Made by a program: the position numbers and the translations under genes. A DNA stretch of 64,000 nucleotides from Verrucomicrobiia bacterium (GTDB lineage Bacteria; Verrucomicrobiota; Verrucomicrobiia; Limisphaerales; UBA11358), in contig DASZXB010000047.1 of the NCBI GenBank assembly GCA_035546095.1, forward strand, positions 26,905 to 90,904, given 5' to 3'. How positions within the stretch are numbered: the first letter of the stretch is position 1; each line of letters opens with the position of its first letter. Shown here in pieces: positions 9,380 to 19,630 of the stretch. The notes beneath the pieces were generated by a model, which saw nothing but the letters and a program-made list of their open reading frames with translations, had not been told where the DNA came from and did no database searches.

Positions 9380-12193
9380 ATGAGCGCATCTCACAATTTA
9401 TTCAATTCACTGCAACTATTTGAACTTGGCAACGGGAAACAAGGGAAATTTTATTCACTGCCCGCGTTGGAAAAAGCCGGTGTCGGCGCGATTTCAAAAC
9501 TGCCGGTCTCCATCCGGCTTGTGCTGGAATCCGTTTTGCGCAATTGCGACGGCAAAAAAGTGACGGAACAGAACGTGCGCGAACTGGCGAATTGGAAACC
9601 CAACGAAACGCGCACGGCGGAAATTCCGTTCGTCGTCGCGCGGATTGTGTTGCAGGATTTCACGGGCGTGCCGCTGCTCGTGGATTTGGCGGCGATGCGC
9701 AGCGCGGTCGCGCGACTCGGCAAAAATCCAAAAATTATTGAACCGCTCGTGCCGGTGGATTTGGTCGTGGACCATTCCGTGCAGGTGGATTTCGCCGGCA
9801 CTGCCGACGCACTGCGACAAAATCTGGAGATTGAATTTCAGCGCAATCGCGAGCGTTATCAGTTTTTGAAATGGGGAATGCAGGCGTTCGACACCTTCAA
9901 AGTCGTGCCGCCGGGAATTGGAATTGTTCATCAGGTGAATCTGGAATATCTCGCGAAAGGCGTTTTGAACGCAGGTGAAATTTATTATCCCGACACGCTC
10001 GTCGGCACGGATTCGCACACGACAATGATTAACGGTCTCGGCATCGTCGGCTGGGGCGTCGGCGGCATTGAGGCGGAAGCGGGAATGTTGGGGCAGCCGG
10101 TTTATTTTCTTACGCCGGACGTGGTGGGCGTGCATTTGACCGGCGCGTTACGCGAAGGCGTAACTGCGACGGATTTGGCGCTGACCGTGACGCAAATGCT
10201 GCGCAAGGCCAAAGTCGTTGGCAAGTTCGTCGAATTTTTCGGCTCCGGCGCGGCAGCGTTACCCGTCGTTGATCGCGCGACGATTGCGAACATGGCTCCC
10301 GAATACGGCGCAACGATGGGCTTTTTCCCGATTGACGCCGAGTGCGTGAATTATCTCCGCGCCACCGGCCGCAGCGACGAAGCGGTCAAGACTTACGAAA
10401 ATTATTACAAGGCGCAGGGACTTTGGGGCATTCCGAAACGCGGCGAAATCCAATACTCGCAGGAATTGGAACTGGATTTGGGTTCGGTGTTGCCGAGCGT
10501 TGCCGGACCAAAACGCCCGCAGGATCGGATTGAATTGCCGAAATTGAAACAGGAATTTGTTTCCGCCTTTTCAAAACCTGTCACCGAAAACGGTTTTGGC
10601 ATGAAGCCGGAAGAATTGTCGCGCGCAATTCACGTTTCCGCCGAAGGCGAGATTCATCCCGGCGGCGGTGACCAGAAAAATGGAAATTTCCGCAGCGAAC
10701 GCGAAATGGCGTCGGAACATCCGACGCCTGACCCGATTCATTCGCACGCTAAACAATTGGACGGCAATGTGCGCAACGGCTCTGTACTCATCGCGGCTAT
10801 CACGAGTTGCACGAACACGAGTAATCCGAGCGTGATGCTCGCCGCCGGTTTGCTTGCGAAAAAAGCGGTCGAGCGCGGTTTGACGGTGAATTCGACTGTC
10901 AAAGCGTCACTCGCGCCCGGCTCGCGTGTGGTCAGCGACTATTTGAATAAAACCGGCTTGCAACCGTATCTCGACAAGCTTGGTTTCAATCTTGTCGGTT
11001 ACGGCTGCACGACGTGCATTGGCAACTCCGGCCCGTTGCATCCGGCGATTGAAGACGCGATTGTGAAAAATAATCTGGTCGCCGCGTCCGTACTTTCGGG
11101 CAATCGCAATTTTGAAGCGCGCGTGCATCAAAACATCAAGGCGAATTTTCTCATGTCGCCGCCGCTCGTCGTCGCATTTGCGCTCGCGGGTCGCGTGGAC
11201 ATTGATTTGGCGCACGAACCGCTCGGCAAAGACAAAAACGGCGCGGACGTTTTCCTGAAAGATTTGTGGCCGACGTTGCAGGAAGTTCGCGACCAAATGC
11301 AAGCTGCGTTGCAACCGGAAGTGTTCCGAAAATTGTATAAAGATTTCGCCGGACAAAATCCGAAGTGGAACGAAATTCCGTCGTCCACCGGAAATGTTTA
11401 CGAATGGGACGGAAAATCCACTTACATTCAAGAGCCGCCGTTCTTTGAAAGTTTTTCAATGAAGCCCGGCGAAATCCGTGAAATCAAAAACGCGCGCGCG
11501 CTGGCCATTTTTGGCGACAGCGTGACGACCGACCATATTTCACCCGCCGGCGCGATTAAAAAATCGTCGCCCGCCGGAAAATTTCTCATCGAAAACGGCG
11601 TGACGGCGGAAAATTTCAACAGCTACGGCTCGCGTCGCGGCAACGACCGCGTGATGACACGCGGCACGTTTGCGAACGTCCGCATCAAAAACCTCATGCT
11701 CGCGGGACAGGAAGGCGGCGACACGCTGTTGCAGCCCGAAGGCAAAAAAGTTTCCATCTATGACGCGTCCATCGAATATCAGAAGCGCGGCATGCCACTG
11801 GTCGTAATTGCCGGACAGGAATACGGCACGGGCAGTTCGCGTGATTGGGCGGCGAAAGGCACAAATTTGCTCGGCGTGAAAGCCGTCGTCGCGCAAAGTT
11901 TTGAGCGCATCCACCGCAGCAATCTGGTTGGCATGGGCGTTCTGCCATTGCAATTCAAAGACGGCACGACGGCGCAGACATTGAAATTAGACGGCACGGA
12001 AACTTACGACATCGTCGGCCTCAATGCGAACTTGAAACCGCAGCAGGATTTAACTTTGAAAATCACCCGCAAAAACGGCAGCGTGGAAAGCGTGCCCGTG
12101 AAATGCCGCATTGATACGCCAATTGAAATTGATTACTATCAGCACGGCGGTATCTTACCGTTTGTGTTGCGGCAGTTGGTGACGAAGGCATGA
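9380..12193 (+). CDS. acnA: aconitate hydratase A (IRP/AcnA type)
   Basis: 937 aa. Has Fe-S cluster-ligand regions ([19 protein letters not shown]) and AcnA-type architecture. ATG at 9380 checked. Confidence 0.9.
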   Translation: MSASHNLFNSLQLFELGNGKQGKFYSLPALEKAGVGAISKLPVSIRLVLESVLRNCDGKKVTEQNVRELANWKPNETRTAEIPFVVARIVLQDFTGVPLLVDLAAMRSAVARLGKNPKIIEPLVPVDLVVDHSVQVDFAGTADALRQNLEIEFQRNRERYQFLKWGMQAFDTFKVVPPGIGIVHQVNLEYLAKGVLNAGEIYYPDTLVGTDSHTTMINGLGIVGWGVGGIEAEAGMLGQPVYFLTPDVVGVHLTGALREGVTATDLALTVTQMLRKAKVVGKFVEFFGSGAAALPVVDRATIANMAPEYGATMGFFPIDAECVNYLRATGRSDEAVKTYENYYKAQGLWGIPKRGEIQYSQELELDLGSVLPSVAGPKRPQDRIELPKLKQEFVSAFSKPVTENGFGMKPEELSRAIHVSAEGEIHPGGGDQKNGNFRSEREMASEHPTPDPIHSHAKQLDGNVRNGSVLIAAITSCTNTSNPSVMLAAGLLAKKAVERGLTVNSTVKASLAPGSRVVSDYLNKTGLQPYLDKLGFNLVGYGCTTCIGNSGPLHPAIEDAIVKNNLVAASVLSGNRNFEARVHQNIKANFLMSPPLVVAFALAGRVDIDLAHEPLGKDKNGADVFLKDLWPTLQEVRDQMQAALQPEVFRKLYKDFAGQNPKWNEIPSSTGNVYEWDGKSTYIQEPPFFESFSMKPGEIREIKNARALAIFGDSVTTDHISPAGAIKKSSPAGKFLIENGVTAENFNSYGSRRGNDRVMTRGTFANVRIKNLMLAGQEGGDTLLQPEGKKVSIYDASIEYQKRGMPLVVIAGQEYGTGSSRDWAAKGTNLLGVKAVVAQSFERIHRSNLVGMGVLPLQFKDGTTAQTLKLDGTETYDIVGLNANLKPQQDLTLKITRKNGSVESVPVKCRIDTPIEIDYYQHGGILPFVLRQLVTKA

Positions 12194-12309
12194 TTGAATA
12201 CTCATCTTGAAGCCTTTCCAGCCATTTCTTTAATTAAATTTGTCTCTCCGGTAAAGAAGCGCATTTTCTTTCGTCCCTACGGGGCTTTTTCAAATTGTTT
12301 GACTCTTTA

Positions 12310-12336
12310 CCCAGAGCTAAAACTCTGGGCTATTTT
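12310..12336 (+). terminator. candidate rho-independent terminator downstream of acnA
   Basis: cccagag-ctaaaa-ctctggg stem-loop followed by ctattttt. Confidence 0.55.
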
Positions 12337-12480
12337 TGAAAATCATTCAACAACCACCGGCTAAATCGCCAATGTTAAACGAAGTCAATTTTGGAGAAAT
12401 TATTTTTCCGTTTGAAAATTATCGTCGTTAAACTCGTCAACTACCCAAACGAATTTTTTGCACCATTGCAACTGGAAATT

Positions 12481-13095
12481 TTAATTGAATTTTAAAGTGC
12501 CGCGAAGAAATTTCAGGACAGCGGCGCGTGATTTTTCGGGCGACTCGTGCAGAATTGCGCGCCAGCCGCGCACATTGGCTGCTTCGATATTTTCCGGCCG
12601 GTCGTCAATGTAAATCAAATCCGTGCCGCGTTTGCCGGTCAATCGTTCCAATGCCTCATAAATCTTCGTTTCCGGTTTCAGCGAACCGGCTTCGTAGGAA
12701 AAGACGTAGCCGTCAAAATGATTGAAAAAAGGAAAATGTTTGCGGATGTGATTGACCGCAATGTCGCTCACGTTGGATAAAATATAAGTCGGGATTTTCT
12801 GTTGCCGCAACATGGAATGCAAATCAACCATCGGCGCAATCGGCTCGAAAATGTCGCCGAAATAAAGACTGAATTCCTCAAGATCGCCTTGAAAACCAAT
12901 GGCCTTTTGCATGGCTTCAAAAAATTCCTGCCGGTTCAATTGACCGGATTCGAGTTGCAGCAACAGGGGAGATTCCCAGAGAAAATTCAGATTGTCCGGC
13001 GGATGCGTGCTGCGCGCGACGATTTTGCGCGCGGCAATCGCGTAATCGAAATCCACGAGCACTTTGCCAAGATCAAAAACAACCGTTGGTTTCAT
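12481..13095 (-). CDS. HAD-superfamily hydrolase (subfamily IA-like)
   Basis: N-terminal VVFDLGKVLVDFD motif and a C-terminal IYIDDRPENI motif. Confidence 0.7.
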   Translation of the reverse strand: MKPTVVFDLGKVLVDFDYAIAARKIVARSTHPPDNLNFLWESPLLLQLESGQLNRQEFFEAMQKAIGFQGDLEEFSLYFGDIFEPIAPMVDLHSMLRQQKIPTYILSNVSDIAVNHIRKHFPFFNHFDGYVFSYEAGSLKPETKIYEALERLTGKRGTDLIYIDDRPENIEAANVRGWRAILHESPEKSRAAVLKFLRGTLKFN

Positions 13096-13688
13096 GACAT
13101 TTCTCTGCGGCCTTCGAGCGCGCGGCTCAAAGTCAATTCGTCGGCAAATTCCAAGCCGCCGCCGACGGGCAGGCCGTAGGCGATGCGGGAAATTTTTAGA
13201 TTCGGTCGCGCGAGCCGTTTCGCCAGATACGAACTCGTCGCGTCACCTTCCACATCCGTGCCGAGCGCGATGACAATTTCACGAATGGGTTCTTTGCTTA
13301 AACGATTTTCGAGTTCGACAATCCGCAAATCTTCCGGTTCCACGCCGTCGAGCGGCGAAATTTTTCCGCCGAGCGCATGAAATTTTCCGCGAAACGAACC
13401 GACTTTTTCGATGCTCAAAATGTCCACGGCGCGTTCCACAACGCAAATCAACGAAGCATCGCGTTTGGAATCCGTGCAAAAATCGCAGGGAGATATTTCT
13501 GTGAGCGAACCGCAGATTTCGCAGAACTTGATTTTTTCGCGTGCATGAAGAATGGTTTCCGCCAATTGTTTCACAGCGGCGGAATCCGCTTGAACCAAAT
13601 GCAATGCGATACGTTCGGCGGAACGCGGGCCGACGCCGGGCAGCTTGCTCAATCTGGAAATCAAAGCAGAAATGGAATCTGGCAACAT
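13092..13688 (-). CDS. recR: recombination protein RecR
   Basis: LPGVGPRSAERIALHL helix-hairpin-helix, a C4 zinc finger (CEICGS...CDFC) and a Toprim region. Confidence 0.9.
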   Translation of the reverse strand: MLPDSISALISRLSKLPGVGPRSAERIALHLVQADSAAVKQLAETILHAREKIKFCEICGSLTEISPCDFCTDSKRDASLICVVERAVDILSIEKVGSFRGKFHALGGKISPLDGVEPEDLRIVELENRLSKEPIREIVIALGTDVEGDATSSYLAKRLARPNLKISRIAYGLPVGGGLEFADELTLSRALEGRREMS

Positions 13689-13779
13689 AAGGCGAAGGAA
13701 GAATTATGAATGGAGAATGAAGAAACAAACATACCGCGCAAAGCGCGGGAATAAATTCTTTGTTCTGCCTTCTTCATTT

Positions 13780-14088
13780 CTAAAATCCGGGCAGATTCAT
13801 TCCCGAAGTAATTTTGCCCATCTCCGAATTGGCGATTTCCTTCGCCTGACCGAGCGCCTGATTCGCCGCGCTCAAAATCATGTCTTCGAGCAATTGCGCG
13901 TCGGACGGATTCAACGCCTGTGGGTCTATTTTGATGGAACCAATGCTGCCGTCGCACTTAGCGACGACCTTGACCGCGCCGCCGCCGCTCGAGGCCTCGA
14001 CCGTGCGCGCGGCAAGTTGCGTCTGCACCTGTTCCATTTGCTGCTGCATTCGCGCAGCCTGTTTCATGAGTTTTCCGATGCTTGACAT
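13780..14088 (-). CDS. ybaB: nucleoid-associated protein YbaB/EbfC
   Basis: 102 aa (KLMKQAARMQQQMEQVQ...). Canonical dnaX-ybaB-recR neighbourhood. Confidence 0.85.
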   Translation of the reverse strand: MSSIGKLMKQAARMQQQMEQVQTQLAARTVEASSGGGAVKVVAKCDGSIGSIKIDPQALNPSDAQLLEDMILSAANQALGQAKEIANSEMGKITSGMNLPGF

Positions 14089-14100
14089 AAATTAAAATTT

Positions 14101-15816
14101 CTATGCGCGGACTTCGACAATCTGGCCTTTGAAAATTTCCAATGCTTTTTGAATCAACGGGTCATTCTTGAAATCATTTTTGTTGAACAGCACGGGCGCG
14201 GTTTTTTTTTCCGATGGCGCTGATGCAACGGATTTTGCAGCGACGGGCGTGGTTTGCGGAATTGTCGCGGCTGGCGGCAATTTTATTTTTTCTCCCACAG
14301 GCGTGTCGGCTTTGATGAATTTGATCTGGCAATTCGCGTGACCGAGTTCGGTCAGTTTGGTTTGCAACAACGTGTGATTACGCGCGTTGTCCACCAGACC
14401 GAGATGGTCTTCAAATTCAGGGTCAAAACCGATGGTCAAAAGATTTTTCTCAAATGAAACCGGATGCGCTTCCAGCAGATAAGTTCGGACAAACGGACTG
14501 ACGCGACCGACGGCGTCAATCAATTTTGACCATAGTTCCGACAAATCAGCGGAAATCGGTTGCGTTTCATGCAGCACGGCTGGTGTGGCAATTTCTTGGT
14601 GAACTTTTGTGGCTGGCTTTGTCGCGGGTGCGGTTTGAGAATGGCCGGCAGAAACGGTTGCTGAAAGATTTCCCGAACCGCTGCGCAATTGATTAAGCTG
14701 CTTCAAGACGGAATCAATTGAAATGGCATTGCGCGTTTCAATGGCTTTAAGCAATGCGACTTCGAGGAAAATTTTCTTGGACGCGGCGTCGCGCAGATTC
14801 AATTCCGCTTCAGCGAACGTTTCCAAAATGCGCGTGAGCGAATCGGCGTTGGCCAAAGCAGATTGCTCTTTGAGCGCGGCAATTTCCGCTTCGGAAACTT
14901 CGAGCAAATTCAGGTCGCCGCGTGAAATCTGGAAAATGAGCAGATTGCGAAAATGATTCAGCAAATCGGAAAGCAAACGTCCCAAATCTTTGCCGCCTTG
15001 CGCGAGTTCGCTCAATTGCGTGAGCGCGGTTTGGATTTCGCCGTTGAGAACGGCCTTGCTCAAATTCAAAATCTGATTTTCGGCAGCAAGGCCAAACATC
15101 GAAAGCACGTCGGCTTCCTCGATTTTGTCGCCGCAAAAACTGATAAGCTGGTCGAGCGTGGATTCGGCGTCGCGCATTCCGCCATCCGCGCCGCGCGCAA
15201 TCGCGAACAATGCGGCCTCGTCAATTTTTACTTTTTCCTTTTTGGCGATTTCCGCGAGATGCTTGGTAATCAACGCCGCCGGAATTCGGCGCAAATCAAA
15301 CCGCTGGCAACGCGACAAAATAGTCGGCAAAACTTTTTCCGGATCGGTCGTTGCGAACATGAATTTTACGTGTGCGGGCGGTTCTTCCAAAGTTTTTAAC
15401 AGTGCATTAAATGCTGCCGTTGAAAGCATGTGCACTTCGTCAATGATGTAGATTTTGAACGGCGAATTGGCCGGAACGTATTTGCAGGTTTCGCGCAATT
15501 CGCGGACCTGTTCGACGCCGTTGTTGCTCGCGCCGTCAATTTCCAGAACATCGAGCGAACGGCCTTCGGTGATTTCCTGAACGCGCGTATCGTTGTCGTC
15601 AAAATCAATTTTTGGTCCGCCGGTGCAATTCAGACATTTCGCAAAAATTCTCGCAATTGTGGTTTTTCCAGTTCCGCGCGGGCCGCAAAAAAGATAAGCA
15701 TGTGCGATGCGTTTTTGCTCAATCGCGTTGGCGAGCGTTTGCGTGACGTGCTCCTGCCCGACCACATCGGCGAAGCGTTGCGGGCGGTATTTGCGCGCTA
15801 TGACTTGATAACTCAT
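14101..15816 (-). CDS. dnaX: DNA polymerase III subunit gamma/tau
   Basis: MSYQVIARKYRPQRFADVVGQ, GPRGTGKTT Walker A, and DEVHML. The ORF's upstream extension runs into a repeat, so it is trimmed to the ATG at 15816. Confidence 0.9.
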   Translation of the reverse strand: MSYQVIARKYRPQRFADVVGQEHVTQTLANAIEQKRIAHAYLFCGPRGTGKTTIARIFAKCLNCTGGPKIDFDDNDTRVQEITEGRSLDVLEIDGASNNGVEQVRELRETCKYVPANSPFKIYIIDEVHMLSTAAFNALLKTLEEPPAHVKFMFATTDPEKVLPTILSRCQRFDLRRIPAALITKHLAEIAKKEKVKIDEAALFAIARGADGGMRDAESTLDQLISFCGDKIEEADVLSMFGLAAENQILNLSKAVLNGEIQTALTQLSELAQGGKDLGRLLSDLLNHFRNLLIFQISRGDLNLLEVSEAEIAALKEQSALANADSLTRILETFAEAELNLRDAASKKIFLEVALLKAIETRNAISIDSVLKQLNQLRSGSGNLSATVSAGHSQTAPATKPATKVHQEIATPAVLHETQPISADLSELWSKLIDAVGRVSPFVRTYLLEAHPVSFEKNLLTIGFDPEFEDHLGLVDNARNHTLLQTKLTELGHANCQIKFIKADTPVGEKIKLPPAATIPQTTPVAAKSVASAPSEKKTAPVLFNKNDFKNDPLIQKALEIFKGQIVEVRA

Positions 15817-15822
15817 TTGATT

Positions 15823-15912
15823 GCGGAGTTCGGAATGCGGAGTTCGGAATGAATTTGAGCTTGGACGGCGCTCAATTCCGTATTCCAGACTCTGCATTCT
15901 GAATTCAGAATG
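15823..15912. repeat. GGAATGCGG-family hairpin repeat between the SRP RNA and dnaX
   Basis: gcggagttcggaatgcggagttcggaatgaatt faces aattccgtattccagactctgcattctgaatt. Related copies lie at 27358 and 27953. Confidence 0.6.
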
Positions 15913-16005
15913 CCGGGGTGACTGCGGCAGATGCAAAGCAAACTACCGTTGCTGCCTTCCGGCCCTGGCGGGATTTGTAAGTCCACAATCCGCAGGCCCC
16001 GGCGG
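15911..16005 (-). ncRNA. ffs: signal recognition particle RNA (small, 4.5S type)
   Basis: The minus strand reads ...CCGCCAGGGCCGGAAGGCAGCAACGG..., matching the conserved SRP domain IV motif. A closing helix CCGGGGCCTGCGG / CCGCAGTCACCCCGG is present, and the position just upstream of dnaX is classic for ffs. Confidence 0.8.
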
Positions 16006-16058
16006 AAATAATTTGTCGCAAAATTCATTGGTTGTCGAGGCAAAGCGCGGCGGAAAGA

Positions 16059-16427
16059 TTATTTTTGCATCGGCCAACCGGCTTTGACCATCGCCTTGTA
16101 ACCGCCGTCCAGCGAGAAAACGTTTTTGTAACCCATCTTTTGCGCCGCGTCCGCCGAGAGCGCTGAGCGAAATCCGCCGCCGCAGTATAAAATCAATTCA
16201 GTTTGCGGGTCTGGAAATCGTTTCTCCAAATCACGTTCAAAAATGCCTTTGCCCAAATGTTCGGCTTTGGAGGCGTGACCGGCGTTCCATTCGTTGTCCT
16301 CGCGCACGTCAATCAGAACGGCGGCGGGATTTTGTTTGAGCTGCTCGCGGGCTTGTTCAATGGAGATTTCACGCACGCGCGTTTTGGAGTCGGTAACTAA
16401 TTTGAGAAAATTGGGCGAATGTTCCAT
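16059..16427 (-). CDS. single-domain rhodanese sulfurtransferase
   Basis: 122 aa with the active-site loop YCGGGFRS. Confidence 0.8.
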   Translation of the reverse strand: MEHSPNFLKLVTDSKTRVREISIEQAREQLKQNPAAVLIDVREDNEWNAGHASKAEHLGKGIFERDLEKRFPDPQTELILYCGGGFRSALSADAAQKMGYKNVFSLDGGYKAMVKAGWPMQK

Positions 16428-16493
16428 GATTTTTAGAAATTAAATTTTGTCGCGTGCGTCGGTCAATCAAATTTCACGAGGGGCCAATTTTTT

Positions 16494-16645
16494 GGGGGAG
16501 TACAGCCGCCCCGGCTGCGGTTCGCCGCGCCTCGCGGCAAACATCGGGCGCGTAGTTTTGTGAAAGGTTGTGGAAATTCTCGCGCTGCACGGATGCTGGC
16601 GACGAGGTGACGCCAACTGCGCCCGAGGCAGGCGCGCTCCTCTCA
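16494..16645. other. GC-rich structured intergenic element of unknown function (repeat or ncRNA)
   Basis: Several short perfect hairpins: cagccg-ccc-cggctg, gccgcg-cct-cgcggc and gcgcc...ggcgc. No credible ORF. Confidence 0.35.
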
Positions 16646-16710
16646 ACCCAAAATAATCCACTACTACAAAAATCATTCGCAACTTTGGTAAATTTTCTTA
16701 ATCTCGCCGC

Positions 16711-17631
16711 GTGTCGGAAAAGAAAAATAGCGCGCTGATTGCAGCCAGCCTGCTGGCGGTCGTCATTTTGTGGGGCGGCAATAATGCGGGAACAAAATGG
16801 CTGCTGGACAGTTGGCCACCGGTGTTCACCGGCAGCCTGCGTTTTGTTTTTGGCGGCATGATTTTGCTGGCAATTTTGCGGTTCACGAATTGGCTCGGCA
16901 CATTTGAAAAATTATCGCCGGAATTGAAAAAGCAATTATGGCTGCGTGGCGGATTGAGTCTCGCCGCTTACACCATCGTTTTTAATTGGGCGTTGCGACT
17001 GACTTCCGCTTCGCACGTCGCGTTGTATATCGGCGCATCGCCGGTTTGGGCGTTGCTGGCCGAGGAACGCCCGCGTCGAAATTGGGCAAGTCTTCGCCGT
17101 TATTCCGCCGCGCTGCTGGCGGTTGTTGGCGTGCTGGTTTTGTTTTGGCCGACACTGAAAACCGGCAGGCAAACACACGTGCTCGGTGAATTGTGCGGGC
17201 TGGCGGCCAGTTTCATCTGGGCGCTTTACAGCCGGCAAAGCCGTTGGTTGAGCGCACGCGTGAACGGACTGGAAGTGACCGCAAACAATATGTGGATGGC
17301 CGGTTTGATTTTGATTCCGCTCGGCCTCGTCGAAATTTATTTTCACGGATTAGCCGTCACCGCGCCGCGCGCGGGCGTGATGGCGCTTTCCATCGTTTTT
17401 GGCGGCGTTATTCCGTATGCGTTTTGGACGAATGCGCTGCGCCACTGGCAGGCCAGCCGCGTTTTACTGTTCAACAATTTGATTCCCGTGACGACCAGCG
17501 TCTGGGTGTATTTCACTTTGGGCGAACCCATCACGCCGACATTTTGTGCCGCAATGGCGTTGATTATTCTCGGCGTTTTATTGGAACAAGTTGATTTGGC
17601 AAAAATTTTCCGGCTGCCGGAAAGTTTTTAG
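16711..17631 (+). CDS. EamA/DMT-family transporter
   Basis: Ten-TM-like hydrophobic profile in a 306-aa protein with two-repeat architecture. Confidence 0.7.
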   Translation: MSEKKNSALIAASLLAVVILWGGNNAGTKWLLDSWPPVFTGSLRFVFGGMILLAILRFTNWLGTFEKLSPELKKQLWLRGGLSLAAYTIVFNWALRLTSASHVALYIGASPVWALLAEERPRRNWASLRRYSAALLAVVGVLVLFWPTLKTGRQTHVLGELCGLAASFIWALYSRQSRWLSARVNGLEVTANNMWMAGLILIPLGLVEIYFHGLAVTAPRAGVMALSIVFGGVIPYAFWTNALRHWQASRVLLFNNLIPVTTSVWVYFTLGEPITPTFCAAMALIILGVLLEQVDLAKIFRLPESF

Positions 17632-17641
17632 CGCGAAATAT

Positions 17642-18004
17642 ATGGACATCAAAAATCTAAACGACGTCTTCGCCTTCATCACGAAAGACGGCTCGGAAAT
17701 TCGTGAACTGCTCGCGCATCGCAATTCGGCCATCCGCAATCAAAGTTTGGCCGAAGCGCGCCTGCCCGTCGGCGGCGCGACGCAGGAACATTTTCATCCG
17801 TGCGCCGAAGAAATTTATTACATCACGCACGGCACGGGCAAAATTCGGATTGAAGGCGAAACGCGCGATGTCAGGGCAGGGGACGCCATCGCCATTCCAC
17901 CCGGCCAAAAGCATAAATTGTGGAACACTGGCAATGAAATTTTGCGGCTGTTGTGCTGTTGCGCGCCGGCTTACGAACATGATGACACCATTATGACCGA
18001 ATGA
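17642..18004 (+). CDS. cupin-domain protein
   Basis: HFHPCAEEIYYITHGTG...GDAIAIPPGQKHKLWN are cupin motifs 1 and 2. Confidence 0.75.
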   Translation: MDIKNLNDVFAFITKDGSEIRELLAHRNSAIRNQSLAEARLPVGGATQEHFHPCAEEIYYITHGTGKIRIEGETRDVRAGDAIAIPPGQKHKLWNTGNEILRLLCCCAPAYEHDDTIMTE

Positions 18005-18043
18005 TGATTTGACCTTTGCGCCGGCGTGCATTTAATTATCGCC

Positions 18044-18439
18044 ATGAAACTATCTGTGCCGTCATTTGTAATTGTCGCCGGGCTTTTCGCCGCCGGTTGC
18101 GCGCAAAACAAATCGCTTTTTGAAACCACGCCTCAAGTTTCAACGCCGCCCGCGGCAAAGACATCCTCCGCCTCGTCCGCAACTTACTCCACGCCTCAAA
18201 TCGTCACGCCGGACAATTCGCTCGCGGGCAATGTCGTCTCGTATAATTCCGTTGGACGCTTCGTCGTTTTAAGTTTTCCGGTCGGGCAATTGCCGAAAAT
18301 TGGCCAACCCCTTTTCCTTTATCGCGCCGGCTTGAAAGTCGCCACGTTGAAAATCACCGGGCCGCAGCACGATAACGACATTGTGGCAGACGTTGTTAGC
18401 GGCGAAGCGCAAGTCGGCGATGAAGTGCGCGACCAATGA
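18044..18439 (+). CDS. putative lipoprotein
   Basis: Signal peptide with lipobox LFAAGC, followed by a Ser/Thr/Pro-rich linker. Confidence 0.55.
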   Translation: MKLSVPSFVIVAGLFAAGCAQNKSLFETTPQVSTPPAAKTSSASSATYSTPQIVTPDNSLAGNVVSYNSVGRFVVLSFPVGQLPKIGQPLFLYRAGLKVATLKITGPQHDNDIVADVVSGEAQVGDEVRDQ

Positions 18440-18751
18440 TTATTTTTCCGCCAACGGTTTGCCGGTTTTCGGCGGCGCGGCCTTTCGGTGGTAAGGTGAG
18501 TGAAGGTTGAAATAAATTCCGCACAATGGCCGCGCGCCGTCGCCCTGGCTTAAAATGATCGTCACTTGTTTGTCGAGCGCGATGCCATGCCGCAATCCCG
18601 GCTCCCGCTCTTCGTAAGCTTTGATCGCTTTGGGCATTAACGATTGCAGCGATGCCTCAAAATCCTCCGGCGTTTTGCCGACGCACACGATGTATTTGTC
18701 GTAAACCTTGACGGCCTCGGCGATTTCCGCTTTGAAAGTTTCAATGGTCAC
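18440..18751 (-). CDS. hypothetical protein
   Basis: 103-aa ORF with balanced composition. No motif recognised. Confidence 0.45.
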   Translation of the reverse strand: MTIETFKAEIAEAVKVYDKYIVCVGKTPEDFEASLQSLMPKAIKAYEEREPGLRHGIALDKQVTIILSQGDGARPLCGIYFNLHSPYHRKAAPPKTGKPLAEK

Positions 18752-18824
18752 AACTCAAAAATAAAAAAATCTGCGCAAAAAGTGAAATGTAAATTTCAAT
18801 CGTCCGGAATTTATTCGATGGATT

Positions 18825-19535
18825 TCACGCCTCCTGCGCCTTTTCGCGGCTGATTTTCTGCCGCGTCCCGAATAACGCCGTTCCAATTCGCACCATTGTC
18901 GCGCCTTCCTCAACCGCAATCTCAAAATCGCCGCTCATGCCCATGCTCAAATGGGGCAGGGGAGCGCCGAGCATTTCTTCGCATTGAACTTTCAATTCGC
19001 GCAACCGTTGAAAATACGGACGCGATTTCTCCGGCTCGATTGAAAACGGCGGCACGGCCATCAAACCTTGAACGAGGACGCGCGGCAGCGAATTCAGTTC
19101 CTTCAAATCCGCCAGCAATCGCTCCGGCTGATAGCCGAACTTGCTGGCTTCACCCGCGACATTCACTTCCAGCAGAATCGGCATTTTCTTTGCGACCTGT
19201 TCGCAACGCCTGGAGATTTCCCGCGCCAGATTCAAACTGTCCACGCTTTGAATCATTTCAAACAATTCCACCGCGTCGCGGACTTTGTTCGATTGCAGAT
19301 GTCCGATGAAATGCCAGCGCGCCTTGCCCGGACAATCTGGAATTTTTGCCTTTGCTTCCTGTACTTTGTTTTCGCCAAAAAAAATCTGCCCGCAATTCAC
19401 CGCTTCCTGAATTATTTCCGGCGAATGCGTTTTGGAAACAGCGATCAATTGAACAGAATTTTCATCGCGTCCCGCGCGTCCGCACGCTGCGCGAATCCGT
19501 TCTCGAATCGAATCCAAATTTTCTGCAAAGCTCAC
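18825..19535 (-). CDS. yggS: PLP-binding protein YggS/PROSC family
   Basis: Has the LIAVSKTH PLP-lysine motif and is of alanine-racemase N-terminal-fold length. Confidence 0.85.
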   Translation of the reverse strand: MSFAENLDSIRERIRAACGRAGRDENSVQLIAVSKTHSPEIIQEAVNCGQIFFGENKVQEAKAKIPDCPGKARWHFIGHLQSNKVRDAVELFEMIQSVDSLNLAREISRRCEQVAKKMPILLEVNVAGEASKFGYQPERLLADLKELNSLPRVLVQGLMAVPPFSIEPEKSRPYFQRLRELKVQCEEMLGAPLPHLSMGMSGDFEIAVEEGATMVRIGTALFGTRQKISREKAQEA

Positions 19536-19544
19536 AGAAAAATT

Positions 19545-19622
19545 TTAACCACAGATTCACACAGATAAACACAGATTTTAGAATTTATTTATCGGTATCC
19601 ATCGGTGTCCATCCGTGGTTAA
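19545..19622. repeat. CACAGA-family hairpin repeat
   Basis: ttaaccacagattcacacagataaacacagat faces atcggtatccatcggtgtccatccgtggttaa. Confidence 0.7.
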
Positions 19623-19630
19623 ATTTCGCC

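Noticed and set aside
9494-10135. 213-aa minus-strand ORF inside acnA, together with many other 60-170-aa ORFs antisense or out of frame in acnA, dnaX, pgk and oppA
   Set aside because: These overlap long CDSs with unambiguous family motifs. They have the Arg/His-rich low-complexity translations typical of GC-rich shadow frames.
12352-12366. The 13-nt match caccggctaaatc, shared with the tail of the 3614-3692 repeat
   Set aside because: It is too short to distinguish a remnant repeat from chance.
15813-16043. 76-aa ORF upstream of dnaX
   Set aside because: It is covered by the SRP RNA and a hairpin repeat, so there is no coding evidence.
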